A stretch of 64,000 nucleotides of DNA from an uncultured Oscillibacter sp. (GCA_900548505.1 URKI01000003.1:497-64496), one strand, 5' to 3'. Shown: positions 29,678 to 39,700, counted from the stretch's first letter. Notes: a model not told the origin generated them from the letters alone. A program made the numbers and translations.

Positions 29678-30787
29678 TCATGCAAGAACCGATGCCGCGG
29701 CCAGCAGCACGATAAGTCCCAGGAAGTTGGCTCCCAGGAACACCGCCAGATACCGTCCCCGCCGGGCATACGGCCACTTGAAGTAGTACTTCAGGGTAAT
29801 AAGGCTGGCAAGAGACGCCACCGGCGTGCCCAGTCCGCCGATGTTGGTGCCACGCAGGAGCCCGGCGCCATCCTGGGTAAAGGCAGAGAGCAGCACCGCC
29901 GCAGGCACATTGCTGATGACCTGGCTGGCAAGGGCCGCCGTGCCCATGGTACTGCGCTGGAGCAGGGCCTCCAGCACGGTGCGCACCGCGTCCATCCGCC
30001 CCAGGTTGCCGGACACCACGAAAAAGCACACGAAGGTGGCCAACAGGCCGATGTCCAGCTTCTTGAGGAGCTTCGGCTCCACCGCCGCCAGCGCCGCCAG
30101 CACCACCACGGTCAAAAGTCCGTAAGGCAGCAGGCGGAACACCGTCAGAAGACACAGGGCAAACAGCACCGCAAAAACCGTGAGCTTTTTGGGGTTTTGC
30201 AGCCGCCGGGTCTCCAGATGCGGCCGGGCCAGATCCCGGGGCAGCACGAACGCCGACGCGGCCGTCAGTCCCAGAAGGCTCAGGGCCGTCAGCGGCAGCA
30301 TCACGGAGAAGAAGTCTCCGGCGGTCATGTCATAGGCCGCATAGAGATAGAGGTTCTGGGGATTGCCCACAGGCGTTGCCATGCTGCCCAGGTTTGCCGC
30401 CATGGTCTGCAGCACCAGCACGCCCACGGCCCGGTTTTCGCAGCCCAGCTCCTCCAGCACCAGCAGCGTAAACGGCACGAAGGTGATGAGTGCCACATCG
30501 TTGGTCACCACCATGGAGGTGAAGAACGGCAGCAGCACCAGCGCCACGCCCAGACCCCGCCCGCCGAAGCGGCTCAAAAGCCGCTGGGAGAGCACCTCGA
30601 AAACACCGCAGGACTGGAAGCCCGCCACCACTGCCATTAAGCACAGCAGCAGGCACAGCACCCGCACATCGATATACCCCAAATACGCGCCATCCGGCGG
30701 TACCAGGAACATGGTAATGACGGCGCACAGCGCCGCCACGCACAAAACTGTCTCACTTTTGAAAAATTCCCAGGCTTTTTTTCCCAT
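29678..30787 (-). CDS. ArsB/NhaD/SLC13-type anion permease
   Basis: TNDVALITFVP, ANLGSMATPVGNPQN, SQVISNVPA, NIGGLGTPVASLAS. Confidence 0.85.
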   Translation of the reverse strand: MGKKAWEFFKSETVLCVAALCAVITMFLVPPDGAYLGYIDVRVLCLLLCLMAVVAGFQSCGVFEVLSQRLLSRFGGRGLGVALVLLPFFTSMVVTNDVALITFVPFTLLVLEELGCENRAVGVLVLQTMAANLGSMATPVGNPQNLYLYAAYDMTAGDFFSVMLPLTALSLLGLTAASAFVLPRDLARPHLETRRLQNPKKLTVFAVLFALCLLTVFRLLPYGLLTVVVLAALAAVEPKLLKKLDIGLLATFVCFFVVSGNLGRMDAVRTVLEALLQRSTMGTAALASQVISNVPAAVLLSAFTQDGAGLLRGTNIGGLGTPVASLASLITLKYYFKWPYARRGRYLAVFLGANFLGLIVLLAAASVLA

Positions 30788-30860
30788 ACGCTCTCTCCTG
30801 CTGTCCGTAAAGTCCGCTTAACAACATAGCACAGCACCCGGCGGTTTGCAACATTTTTCC

Positions 30861-30900
30861 AAAAAAAGAACACCGGCTCATGTTGAGCCGGTGTTCTTTT
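30861..30900 (-). terminator. Terminator
   Basis: AAAAGAACACCGGCTCA-TGT-TGAGCCGGTGTTCTTTT. Confidence 0.75.
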
Positions 30901-30910
30901 GAACATTGCT

Positions 30911-31285
30911 TTAGTCCATGGGGGCGCCGCACTGGGGGCAGAACTTGCTGTCGGACTCCGCACCGCAGATGGGGCACTTCTTGCCAGCGGCACAGGGCTC
31001 CTCGCAGGGGGCCTCCTCCTTGGCGGGCTTGCTGGCCTCCAACTCGGCGATCTTGGCCTTGCTGGCGTTCACTGCCTCCACCAACTGACGCACAGCGTCG
31101 GGGATCTCGCCCTCGTACTCGCTGACGAACCACTCGCCGATGGTGCGGTAATTCTTGTCGATCTCCTTTTGCTCGCCGGCGATGGCAACGCTGATCTTGG
31201 TCAGTTCCGCGGCGTCCTTGGCCTTGTCAGCGGCAAGATACGCAACGTCCTTCGCCTTTTTGGTAAACTCATCGAAAAATGCCAT
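30911..31285 (-). CDS. Coiled-coil plus zinc-ribbon protein
   Basis: MAFFDEFTKK N-terminus; C-terminal CPICG...FCPQCG. Confidence 0.8.
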   Translation of the reverse strand: MAFFDEFTKKAKDVAYLAADKAKDAAELTKISVAIAGEQKEIDKNYRTIGEWFVSEYEGEIPDAVRQLVEAVNASKAKIAELEASKPAKEEAPCEEPCAAGKKCPICGAESDSKFCPQCGAPMD

Positions 31286-31392
31286 ACTAAAACTCCCTTC
31301 CGTTAATACCATCCATGATTGATTGGGAATCTGCCTGCTTTGTGGTCAGTATACCCCAGATGCGCCGGAAACGCAACAAAATTCCCGGAAGT

Positions 31393-32904
31393 TTACAGTT
31401 CGTTTTCAATCCAATTCCGGGAGCGGTCCACCGCGCGGCGCCAGCGGGCATAGTCCGCGGCGCAGGCCGCCTCATCCCGCAGGGGGCGGAACACGCACTG
31501 GCTGCGGCGCAGGCCCTCCAGCTCCTCCATGCCGCTCCAGACCCCGGCGGAAAGGCCCGCCATGGCCGCCGCGCCGAAAGCGGTGGTCTCCACCTGGTCC
31601 GGCCGGTCCACGCCGATCCGCAGCAGATCCGCCTGGATCTGCATCATGATGTCGCTGACGGAGGCGCCGCCGTCCACCCGCAGCACCGTGATGGGACAGG
31701 GGGCGTCCTCGTCCATGGCCCGCACCAGATCCGTCACCTGGAAGGCGATGGACTCCAGCACGGCCCGGGCGATGTGGGCGCGGGTAGTGCCCCGGGTGAT
31801 ACCTACGATGGTGCCCCGGGCATACATGTCCCAGTAGGGGGCGCCCAGGCCGGTGAAAGCGGGCACCACCACCACGCCGCCGCTACCCGGCACGCTCTCG
31901 GCCAGCCGGTCGCACTCGGGCGCACTCTGGATAAGTCCCAGCTCATCCCGCAGCCACTGGATGGCGCTGCCGGCATTGAATACGCTGCCCTCCAGGGCAT
32001 AGGTGGTCTCCCCCTTCCAGGACCAGCCCACGGAGGTGACCAGCCCGTTTTTGGACCGCACCGGCACATTTCCCACGTTCATGAGGGTGAAGCAGCCGGT
32101 GCCGTATGTATTCTTCGCCTGGCCGGGGGCAAAGCACGCCTGACCGAACAGGGCCGCCGGCTGGTCGCCGGCGCTGCCACAGATGGGGATACCGGCCAGG
32201 GCCTCCAGCCCCGGGATGTTCTCCGCCACCCGGCCGAACTCCTGGCAGTTGGGCACCGGCTGGGGCAGCAGGCACATGGGGATGTCCAGGGCGCGGCACA
32301 GGTCAGCGTCCCAGGTGAGGGTATGGATATTGAAGAGCATGGTGCGGGAGGCATTGGAATAGTCCGTCACATGGACCTTGCCGCCGGTGAGGTTCCAGAT
32401 GAGCCAGCTGTCCACCGTGCCGCAGCGAAGCTCCCCGGCCTCCGCCCGGCGCCGCAGGCCCGGCACCGTGTCCAAAAGCCAGCGGAGCTTCGTGCCGGAG
32501 AAGTAGGCGTCCAGCAGCAGTCCCGTCTTTTCCGTCACCGTCTCCTCCAGCCCGTCGGCCCGGAGGCGGTCGCAGATAGGCGCCGTCCGGCGGCACTGCC
32601 AGACGATGGCGTTATAGACCGGCTCCCCCGTCCGGGCGTCCCACACCACGGTGGTCTCCCTCTGGTTGGTGATGCCGATGGCGGCGATGCGCTTGGGATC
32701 GATATGGGCGGCGTCCACCGCCTCGGCCATGGACTGGCGCTCCGTGGCCCAGATCTCCATAGGGTCATGCTCCACCCAGCCGGGCTTGGGGTAGATCTGC
32801 CGGAAGGGCCGCTGGGCCCGGGAGACGATGCCGCCTGCGCGGTTGAATAAAATGGCCCGGGAGCTGGTGGTCCCCTGATCCAGCGCCATCACATAAGTTT
32901 CCAT
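31393..32904 (-). CDS. glpK: Glycerol kinase
   Basis: [51 protein letters not shown]. Confidence 0.95.
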   Translation of the reverse strand: METYVMALDQGTTSSRAILFNRAGGIVSRAQRPFRQIYPKPGWVEHDPMEIWATERQSMAEAVDAAHIDPKRIAAIGITNQRETTVVWDARTGEPVYNAIVWQCRRTAPICDRLRADGLEETVTEKTGLLLDAYFSGTKLRWLLDTVPGLRRRAEAGELRCGTVDSWLIWNLTGGKVHVTDYSNASRTMLFNIHTLTWDADLCRALDIPMCLLPQPVPNCQEFGRVAENIPGLEALAGIPICGSAGDQPAALFGQACFAPGQAKNTYGTGCFTLMNVGNVPVRSKNGLVTSVGWSWKGETTYALEGSVFNAGSAIQWLRDELGLIQSAPECDRLAESVPGSGGVVVVPAFTGLGAPYWDMYARGTIVGITRGTTRAHIARAVLESIAFQVTDLVRAMDEDAPCPITVLRVDGGASVSDIMMQIQADLLRIGVDRPDQVETTAFGAAAMAGLSAGVWSGMEELEGLRRSQCVFRPLRDEAACAADYARWRRAVDRSRNWIENEL

Positions 32905-33035
32905 GGAACGCGCTCCTTCCCCGCTTCGGTTTCCCCGCCGTCCGCCCCGAAGCGACCGGTTTCGTCTGGCTTTTCTCGGGCGGCTGTGCTATGATGCTGA
33001 TGAAGAAATTATAGCATACGGAGGTGCGTATTTCC

Positions 33036-33977
33036 ATGGTGCGCAGTGAATTTACCTTTCTCTCCGCCGACGGCAAGACCCCCATCCATGCGGTGGTGTG
33101 GGAGCCGGAGACGGCGCCGGTGGGCGTGGTGCAGCTGAGCCACGGGGTAGCGGAGCACATCGGCCGCTACGAGCCCCTGGCCCGCTTCCTCACGGAGAAC
33201 GGCTTTGCGGTGGCGGGACACGACCACCTGGGGCACGGAGCCTCCATCCTGCCCGGCGCGCCCCGGCTCTACTTCGGTCCCCGGGGCAGCTGGGTGTGGG
33301 CAGCGGAGGATCTGCGGGTGTGCCGGGAACATATCCGCGCCCGCTTCCCCGGCATCCCCTATATCCTTCTGGGCCACTCCATGGGTTCCTTCCTGGCCCG
33401 GACGGATCTGATCCGCTGCCCCGGCGAGGTGGACGGCGCCGTCCTCATCGGCACGGGGCACATGACCCGCAGCATGCAGGCCGCCGGCCGGACGCTGGCC
33501 GCCAAGGAGGCCCGGCGGGTAGGGTCAGACCAGGCCAGCGCCCTGGTCACCCGGCTGGCCTTCGGCACCTACAACCGTCCCTTTGCCCCCAACCGCACCA
33601 GTGCCGACTGGATCTCCGCCTCCACCGCCAATGTGGATGCCTACCTGGCCGACCCCCTGTGCGGCGGTGACCCCACCACCGGCTTGTTCCGGGAGATGCT
33701 CTGGGGCATTTGGTTCATCACCTATCCGGGCAATCTCAGACGCATGGACCCGAACGTGCCCGTGCTGTTCCTCTCCGGCGAGGAGGACCCCGTTGGCGAA
33801 AACGGCAAGGGCGTGCGCCGGGCTGCCCATGCTTTCCGTCGGGCGGGCGTCCACTCCATCACCCTCAAGCTCTACCCCGGTATGCGCCACGAGATCCTCA
33901 ACGAGGACGACCGGGACATCGTGTACCGGGATCTGCTGTGCTGGCTGCGGCACCGGCTGCCGTCCCAGGAAGCCTGA
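33036..33977 (+). CDS. Alpha/beta hydrolase (lysophospholipase/monoglyceride lipase-like)
   Basis: HGVAEH, DHLGHG, GHSMG (GxSxG), SGEEDPV, RHEILNE. Confidence 0.9.
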   Translation: MVRSEFTFLSADGKTPIHAVVWEPETAPVGVVQLSHGVAEHIGRYEPLARFLTENGFAVAGHDHLGHGASILPGAPRLYFGPRGSWVWAAEDLRVCREHIRARFPGIPYILLGHSMGSFLARTDLIRCPGEVDGAVLIGTGHMTRSMQAAGRTLAAKEARRVGSDQASALVTRLAFGTYNRPFAPNRTSADWISASTANVDAYLADPLCGGDPTTGLFREMLWGIWFITYPGNLRRMDPNVPVLFLSGEEDPVGENGKGVRRAAHAFRRAGVHSITLKLYPGMRHEILNEDDRDIVYRDLLCWLRHRLPSQEA

Positions 33978-34481
33978 GCGCAAAAGGGCGATATCTCCGG
34001 TGCGCCGCAATAGCCGCACCGTGCACACGCCGTCCGCCGTCACTGCCAGCATAAGGACAAAGGTGACCTGAGGCGGCACAGCCTCCAGAAGCGGCGTCAG
34101 CACCGTCTCCAGAGGCGGCAGCGTCAGGGCGATGAGGGCGCCCCAGGCCAGGGAAAACCGCAGGCACACCCGTCCCCCCAGGTTCCACCGCTGGGCCTTG
34201 TAATCCCAAAAGCGCACGCCCAGCCACGCCTCATAGGCCCAGTGCACGGCGAACTCCACTGCCGTGGCCGCCGCGCCGCCCCACAGTGCCAGAGCAAAAA
34301 AGTTCTCTTTCACCGCGCCGGGCAGGGCCAGCACCGCCAGCACCCCCAGGCCGTAGACCGGGCACAGCGGCAGCAGCCAGCAGCACCGGCGGCTTTCCCG
34401 ACTTGCCCCGGTGCAGGCGGCATAGGCCGTCTCCAGCCAGAAGCCCAGGAAGCTGTATACCAAAAACCGCAGAAATACCAT
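33525..34481 (-). CDS. Putative ABC transporter permease (CmpB/DUF1113-like); conserved part is about codons 1-168 (33975-34481), then the ORF runs antisense into the hydrolase
   Basis: FLVYSFLGFWLE, PLCPVYG, VRFWDY...NLGGRVCL..SLAWG motifs; GGAGGAG RBS. Confidence 0.7.
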   Translation of the reverse strand: MVFLRFLVYSFLGFWLETAYAACTGASRESRRCCWLLPLCPVYGLGVLAVLALPGAVKENFFALALWGGAAATAVEFAVHWAYEAWLGVRFWDYKAQRWNLGGRVCLRFSLAWGALIALTLPPLETVLTPLLEAVPPQVTFVLMLAVTADGVCTVRLLRRTGDIALLRSGFLGRQPVPQPAQQIPVHDVPVVLVEDLVAHTGVELEGDGVDARPTESMGSPAHALAVFANGVLLAGEEQHGHVRVHASEIARIGDEPNAPEHLPEQAGGGVTAAQGVGQVGIHIGGGGGDPVGTGAVGGKGTVVGAEGQPGDQGAGLV

Positions 34482-34503
34482 CCGTCCACTCCTCCCTGCC
34501 CGT

Positions 34504-34533
34504 CAGTCTGCCCCGGCAGCGGGCAGGTTATGC
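34504..34533 (-). promoter_or_regulatory. sigma-F/sigma-G-like forespore promoter
   Basis: Minus strand GCATA-15 bp-GGGCAGACTG matches GYATA-N15-GGnnAnAnTR. Confidence 0.5.
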
Positions 34534-34593
34534 CGCATTGCGCCGCGGACACATTTATGCTATACTGTTCAAAAAAAATCGGGAGGTGACCAT

Positions 34594-35166
34594 ATGGCGG
34601 ATTCATGGGAGGCGCTGGAGGCCGAATGTCTTCGCTGCAATGGCTGCGCCCTTTGCGAAAAGCGGCAGCACGTGGTCTTTGGGGACGGCGCCCGGGACGC
34701 GGAGATCCTGCTGGTGGGCGAGGGTCCGGGCCAGCGGGAGGATGAACAGGGCGTTCCTTTCGTAGGCCCGGCCGGCCAGCTGCTGGACGATATGCTGGAG
34801 ATCATCCATCTGGACCGCACCAAGGTGTACGTGGCCAACATCGTCAAATGCCGTCCACCGGGAAACCGGGACCCGCTGAACGTAGAGCAGGACGCCTGCA
34901 TGGGCTTTCTCCGGCGGCAGACCGCCCTGCTGCGGCCAAAAATGATCGTGTGTCTGGGCCGTATCGCCGCCAAGGCCATCATCAAGGAGGACTTCCGCAT
35001 CACCGCCGAGCACGGCCAGTGGTTCGAGCGCCGGGGTGTCCATATGACCGCCATCTACCACCCCTCCGCCCTGCTGCGGGACCTTTCTAAGCGGCCGGAG
35101 ACCTTCTCCGACCTCAAGTCCATCCAATCCAAGATCCGTGAGGTGTGCAGCCATACTACCGTATGA
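34594..35166 (+). CDS. Uracil-DNA glycosylase family 4
   Basis: CxxC, GEGPG..ED..G.PFVG, KCRPPGNRDP, YHPS. Confidence 0.92.
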   Translation: MADSWEALEAECLRCNGCALCEKRQHVVFGDGARDAEILLVGEGPGQREDEQGVPFVGPAGQLLDDMLEIIHLDRTKVYVANIVKCRPPGNRDPLNVEQDACMGFLRRQTALLRPKMIVCLGRIAAKAIIKEDFRITAEHGQWFERRGVHMTAIYHPSALLRDLSKRPETFSDLKSIQSKIREVCSHTTV

Positions 35167-35204
35167 GCGCCGCGGGGCAAAAGCCCCGCGGTTTTATTTT
35201 CTTT

Positions 35205-35260
35205 AATTGTTAACCTTGTAAAAATTTTAGGTTGACAATTGGCGTGTCCTGGCGTATGAT
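35205..35260 (+). promoter_or_regulatory. BirA operator overlapping the bioY promoter
   Basis: Palindrome AATTGTTAACCT-N12-AGGTTGACAATT (35205-35240); TTGACA(35232)-17 bp-TATGAT(35255). Confidence 0.85.
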
Positions 35261-35290
35261 CGACCCATCGGATTACAAGGAGGAATTATT

Positions 35291-35845
35291 TTGAAGTCTC
35301 ACAGCCGTCTGCGCACGGTGGACCTCGCCTATTTGGGCCTGTTCGCCGCGCTCATGGCCATCTGCGCCTGGATCTCCGTGCCCATGCCGGCGCCCCTGGT
35401 CCCCTTTACCCTGCAAACCTTCGCCATTTTCGCCGCTGTGACCACCCTGGGCGGTCGCCGGGGCACTTATGCCGTTGGCGTCTACCTGCTGCTGGGACTG
35501 GTAGGCCTGCCGGTCTTTGCGGGCTTTCGCAGCGGCCCCGGTACGCTCTTGGGCACCACCGGCGGCTACATTCTGGGCTTTTTTGTCTGCGCCGTGGTGT
35601 ATTGGCTGGTGACCGCCTGGCTGGGAGAGTCTCTCTGGGCCGTGTTTCTTGGGGGGACCCTGGGTCTTGCCGCCTGCTACGCCTTCGGCACCGCCTGGTT
35701 TTTGCTGCTCTACATCCGTACCACCGGCCCCATGAGTCTGGGCGCGGCGCTGGGCATGTGCGTGGTGCCCTATGTGCTGCCGGACCTCTGCAAGCTGGCG
35801 CTGGCGATTCTGGTGAGCCGCCGGGTCCGGCCTCATCTGCGATAA
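35291..35845 (+). CDS. bioY: Biotin transporter BioY
   Basis: VPFTLQ, YLLLGLVGLPVFAG, GTTGGYILGF; BirA site upstream; TTG start. Confidence 0.92.
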   Translation: MKSHSRLRTVDLAYLGLFAALMAICAWISVPMPAPLVPFTLQTFAIFAAVTTLGGRRGTYAVGVYLLLGLVGLPVFAGFRSGPGTLLGTTGGYILGFFVCAVVYWLVTAWLGESLWAVFLGGTLGLAACYAFGTAWFLLLYIRTTGPMSLGAALGMCVVPYVLPDLCKLALAILVSRRVRPHLR

Positions 35846-35859
35846 GCGGATGCGCTTGT

Positions 35860-35898
35860 AAAAAACGTCCCGGGATGCAATGCATCCCGGGACGTTTT
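35860..35898. terminator. Bidirectional terminator
   Basis: AAAACGTCCCGGGATGCA-A-TGCATCCCGGGACGTTTT. Confidence 0.8.
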
Positions 35899-35910
35899 CC
35901 ACATATCTGT

Positions 35911-36393
35911 TTAAAAAGTCAACCGCATGTCATACCAGACCACCCCGCCATGGGTGGAGCCGGACACGCCCTCACAGCGGTAGCCGAAGGACTCGTAATA
36001 ATGGATCAGCTCCTCCTTGCAGGTGAGCACACACCCCTTGCGGCCCTGGGCACGGGCATCGGCGGTGACCTGCTTTAGAAGCATCCCCGCACAGCCCCGG
36101 CGCCGGTAGGCCGGAATGGTGTTGACACCGAAGATCATCTGCCAGGCGCCCTGCTCATTGTGGAGCGATGCATCCTCGTACATCTCGTCCCGAAGGAACG
36201 GCTCATCGGTGACCATACCGTCCACAAAGCTCACCAGGGTCCCCTCGTCCTCCAGCAGCCAGAAGTGATCAGGGTATACGGCCAGTCGGCGGGCAATGGA
36301 CGCCTCGTCCGCTGCCTCCGCCGGAGGAAAGCAGGCAGCCTCCACCGCCGCCAGGGCCTTGAGATCCGCCTGGGCGGCGGTTCGGATACGCAT
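35911..36393 (-). CDS. GNAT N-acetyltransferase
   Basis: EAACFP, PAYRRRGCA, LTCK..LIHYYESFGY. Confidence 0.88.
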   Translation of the reverse strand: MRIRTAAQADLKALAAVEAACFPPAEAADEASIARRLAVYPDHFWLLEDEGTLVSFVDGMVTDEPFLRDEMYEDASLHNEQGAWQMIFGVNTIPAYRRRGCAGMLLKQVTADARAQGRKGCVLTCKEELIHYYESFGYRCEGVSGSTHGGVVWYDMRLTF

Positions 36394-36404
36394 AGGGTTC
36401 CTCC

Positions 36405-36959
36405 TTACTTCAAATACCGGTAGCTCAACAGCAGCCGGGCCGTGGAATTGGTCATGTTCTCAAAGCGGTAGGGCCGGTCTGCCGCAAAGCGCAGGGCATC
36501 CCGCTCCAAAAGCTGGAAGTCCTCGTCCTGGGCCGTTAGCTTCACGGAGCCGGACATGACCGTGGCGTGGCAGACACACCCGGGCACGGACGGCTCCGGG
36601 GCATACCGGGCGCTGATGTACAGATCCAGGAAGAAATTCTCCTGCCGGGTCACATCGTCATAGGGAAAGGAGGGCCGCAGCACCGCCTTGCCCCCATCCA
36701 GCCGAACGGGCTTGGTATCCAGCTCCCGCACCAGCTCCAGCGGCTCGAACGCGTCGTTTTCCAGCAGCACCTGGGCCGGCACTTTCAGCGCCAGGGCCAG
36801 CTTGCCCACCACCGCCACAGAGGGGTTGGCCTCTCCCCGCTCGATCTGGCCCAGCATGCTGCGGGACACGCCCGCGATGGCCGCTGTGCGCTCCATGCTG
36901 AGTTTTTTGCTTTTGCGGATGCGTTTGATGTTCTCCCCTACCGCCCGGGTCAATTCCAT
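36405..36959 (-). CDS. XRE-family HTH plus cupin regulator
   Basis: GVSRSMLGQIERGEANPS; C-terminal cupin-like segment. Confidence 0.85.
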   Translation of the reverse strand: MELTRAVGENIKRIRKSKKLSMERTAAIAGVSRSMLGQIERGEANPSVAVVGKLALALKVPAQVLLENDAFEPLELVRELDTKPVRLDGGKAVLRPSFPYDDVTRQENFFLDLYISARYAPEPSVPGCVCHATVMSGSVKLTAQDEDFQLLERDALRFAADRPYRFENMTNSTARLLLSYRYLK

Positions 36960-37064
36960 ACTAGGCGCCGCCCTTCTCTAAAATCACACAGTATATTGGT
37001 CGCTTCGACGTTTATAGTACCCGTTTTTCCCATTTGTGTCAATAGCGGCTGACCGGACGGACGT

Positions 37065-37098
37065 AAAAAAGCGGAGCGGCTTAGCCGCTCCGCTTTTT
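37065..37098 (-). terminator. Terminator after cysS
   Basis: AAAAAGCGGAGCGGCT-T-AGCCGCTCCGCTTTTT. Confidence 0.8.
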
Positions 37099-37107
37099 CT
37101 TTACTTG

Positions 37108-38553
37108 TCAGATGCGCTTCCAGACGGCGCCGCCGGGCACGTCGGTGATCTCGATGCCCTGGACCTTCAGCTCGTCACGGATGCGGTCGGCCTCGGCAAA
37201 GTTCTTGGCCTTCTTGGCCTCCGCACGGGCCAGGACCTTGGCGTCCACCTCCGGGTCACCCTCGCCGGTGACAGTATAGCCGCCGGCGGTGGCAGTGGCA
37301 GCGGTCTTGGCCAGTTCCTTCTGCTTTTCCGCAGCCCGCTCCAGAAGGCTCAGGCTCAGCACCTGGTCAAACTCACCCAGCAGGGCCAGCTTGGTGGCAT
37401 CGTTGGTCTTGGCCTTGAGCACGTCGTAGAGGGCCGTCACTGCCAGGGACGTGTTCAGGTCGTTGTCCAGCGCGGCCTTGAACTTATTCCGCAGCTCCGC
37501 CGCCGCGGCCTCATCCACGTCGCCGCCCTCTTTCAGTGCGGCGATCCGGGCGATGAGCTTATCGTAGGCAGTCTTGGCGTTGTCCAGGTTCTCCCAGGTG
37601 AACACCAGCGCCTTGCGGTAGTGGGACTGGAGGCAGAACAGGCGATAGACCAAAGGATCGTAGCCCTTTTCCTCCAGCAGGGAGACAGTGAGGAACTCGC
37701 CCTTGGACTTGCTCATCTTGCCGGTGGCAGTGTTCAGGTGGTGGACATGGAACCACTGGGGGCACCAGGGATGGCCCAGGTAGCTCTCGGACTGGGCGAT
37801 CTCGTTGGTGTGGTGGGGGAACGCATTGTCCACGCCGCCGCAGTGCAGGTCCAGATACTCGCCGTTGTGCTTGAGAGAGATTCCGGAGCACTCAATGTGC
37901 CAGCCGGGATAGCCCACGCCCCAGGGAGAGTCCCACTTGAGGGCCTGGTCCTCGAACTTGGACTGGGTGAACCAGAGGACGAAATCGTTCTTGTTGCGCT
38001 TGTTGGTATCCTCTTCCACGCCCTCCCGGACACCCACGGCCAGATCTTCCTCGTCGTGGTCGTTGAACACGTAGTAGCGGGAGAGCTTGCTGGTGTCAAA
38101 GTACACGTTGCCGCCGGCAAAGTAGGCATAGCCGGTGTCCTGGAGCTTTTTGACGATGTTGATATACTCCTGGATGCAGTTGGTGGCGGGCTCCACCACG
38201 TCCGGGCGCTTGATGTTGAGCTTGCGGCAGTCGGAGAAGAAGGCGTCCGTATAGAACTGGGCGATCTCCATGACGGTCTTGTGCTCCCGCTTGGCGCCCT
38301 TGAGCATCTTATCCTCGCCGGTGTCGGCGTCGGAGCTCAGGTGGCCCACGTCGGTGATGTTCATGACCCGGTTGACGTCATAACCGGCGTAGCGCAGGTA
38401 CTTCTCCAGCACATCCTCCATGATATAGGAGCGCAGGTTGCCGATGTGGGCAAAGTGATACACCGTGGGGCCGCAGGTATACATCTCCACGTGGCCGGGG
38501 GTATGGGTAGTAAATTCCGCTTTTTTGTGGGTGGCTGAGTTATAAAGATACAT
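37108..38553 (-). CDS. cysS: Cysteine--tRNA ligase
   Basis: CGPTVY, HIGN, PGWHIECS, FPHH, KMSKS. Confidence 0.96.
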   Translation of the reverse strand: MYLYNSATHKKAEFTTHTPGHVEMYTCGPTVYHFAHIGNLRSYIMEDVLEKYLRYAGYDVNRVMNITDVGHLSSDADTGEDKMLKGAKREHKTVMEIAQFYTDAFFSDCRKLNIKRPDVVEPATNCIQEYINIVKKLQDTGYAYFAGGNVYFDTSKLSRYYVFNDHDEEDLAVGVREGVEEDTNKRNKNDFVLWFTQSKFEDQALKWDSPWGVGYPGWHIECSGISLKHNGEYLDLHCGGVDNAFPHHTNEIAQSESYLGHPWCPQWFHVHHLNTATGKMSKSKGEFLTVSLLEEKGYDPLVYRLFCLQSHYRKALVFTWENLDNAKTAYDKLIARIAALKEGGDVDEAAAAELRNKFKAALDNDLNTSLAVTALYDVLKAKTNDATKLALLGEFDQVLSLSLLERAAEKQKELAKTAATATAGGYTVTGEGDPEVDAKVLARAEAKKAKNFAEADRIRDELKVQGIEITDVPGGAVWKRI

Positions 38554-38555
38554 AT

Positions 38556-39227
38556 TCAGGCAGTCCTTTCTTTTGTATGGGTCTGGTGTTCCATGATTTC
38601 TTCCAGCTGGGCAAGGCGCTCCCGGAGGCTATCCAGCTCCCGGCAGATGGGGTCTTCCACGTGGATCTGGTCCACAGCGTCGGCATAGCGGACGGGCACG
38701 CCGTCCATGCGCACCACCCGGGCAGGCACGCCCACGGCAGTGGCCCCGGCGGGCACGGCGGTCAGCACCACGGCGCCGGCGGCGATACGGGCATTGTCCC
38801 CCACGGTGAAGGGGCCCAGCACCTTGGCGCCGGAGCCCACCAGCACACCGTTGCCCAGGGTGGGATGGCGCTTGCCCTGGTCCTTGCCGGTGCCGCCCAG
38901 GGTCACGCCCTGATAGAGCAGGCAGTCATCGCCCACCTCGGCGGTCTCGCCAATGACGATGCCCATGCCGTGGTCGATGACCAGACGGCGACCGATGGTG
39001 GCGCCGGGGTGGATCTCGATGCCGGTCCAGAATCGGTTCCACTGGGACACGAAGCGGGCCAGGAAGAAAGCGCGGTGCCGGTAGAGCCAGTGAGCCAGGC
39101 GGTGGTAGAGGACGGCGTGAACGCCGGGATAGAGCAAAAAGATCTCCAGCTTGCTGCGGGCGGCCGGGTCACGGCGCTGATAAGCGCCCAGTAAGTCGGA
39201 AAGGCTGGCAAAGGGATGATGTCTCAT
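38556..39227 (-). CDS. cysE: Serine O-acetyltransferase
   Basis: RDPAARS, YPG.HA, TGIEIHPGA, IDHGMG, KRHPT, AVGVPA. Confidence 0.95.
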   Translation of the reverse strand: MRHHPFASLSDLLGAYQRRDPAARSKLEIFLLYPGVHAVLYHRLAHWLYRHRAFFLARFVSQWNRFWTGIEIHPGATIGRRLVIDHGMGIVIGETAEVGDDCLLYQGVTLGGTGKDQGKRHPTLGNGVLVGSGAKVLGPFTVGDNARIAAGAVVLTAVPAGATAVGVPARVVRMDGVPVRYADAVDQIHVEDPICRELDSLRERLAQLEEIMEHQTHTKERTA

Positions 39228-39327
39228 ATTCTATAACTCCTTTATTCAGTAAAATGGGCAGGGCGGTACAGATGCAAAGTCCCCAACATCGTACTGCACA
39301 GGAGTCCAAACGGTTCCGGATCATCAT
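39169..39327 (-). CDS. Candidate Cys-rich leader peptide (52 aa)
   Basis: AAAGGAGGT RBS followed by MMIRNRLDSCAVRCWGLCICTALPILLNKGVIEYETSSLCQPFRLTGRLSAP*. Confidence 0.45.
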   Translation of the reverse strand: MMIRNRLDSCAVRCWGLCICTALPILLNKGVIEYETSSLCQPFRLTGRLSAP

Positions 39328-39354
39328 AGCTTTACCTCCTTTACCGGGAAAATA

Positions 39355-39592
39355 CAAAAACGCCTCCGGCACCCCACAGGGTGCAAGAGGCGTTGACACG
39401 CGGTTCCACTCTCGCTTATCACTCACGCCGGCCTAACAGCCGGACCAGCCCGATAACGGCGGCCTCACCGGGGGCCATTACGCCCCGCGCTCCCGGATGC
39501 ACTTCGCAGTCTCCGCCGCAGGCATGCTTACAGCCGGTGGCACGCCCTCTCTGTCCTTTGGATGAACTGCTACTCTTTCCGTTCCTCGCGCA
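39355..39592 (-). ncRNA. T-box riboswitch, Cys specifier
   Basis: AGAGA/GCTG stem I motifs, specifier GAAG-UGC-A (39501-39499), T-box GAGTGGAACCGCG (39411-39399), terminator with U tract (39393-39355); TTGACA-17 bp-TACTAT promoter at 39637-39609. Confidence 0.92.
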
Positions 39593-39700
39593 ATCTGCTC
39601 ACCTCAGTATAGTAGCAGGACTTATCCGGCGTGTCAAGTGCAAGGCAAGATTTTCCCCGCAGGTGGTCTATTCGGATAGGCTCTGACCCATCATAAAAAG

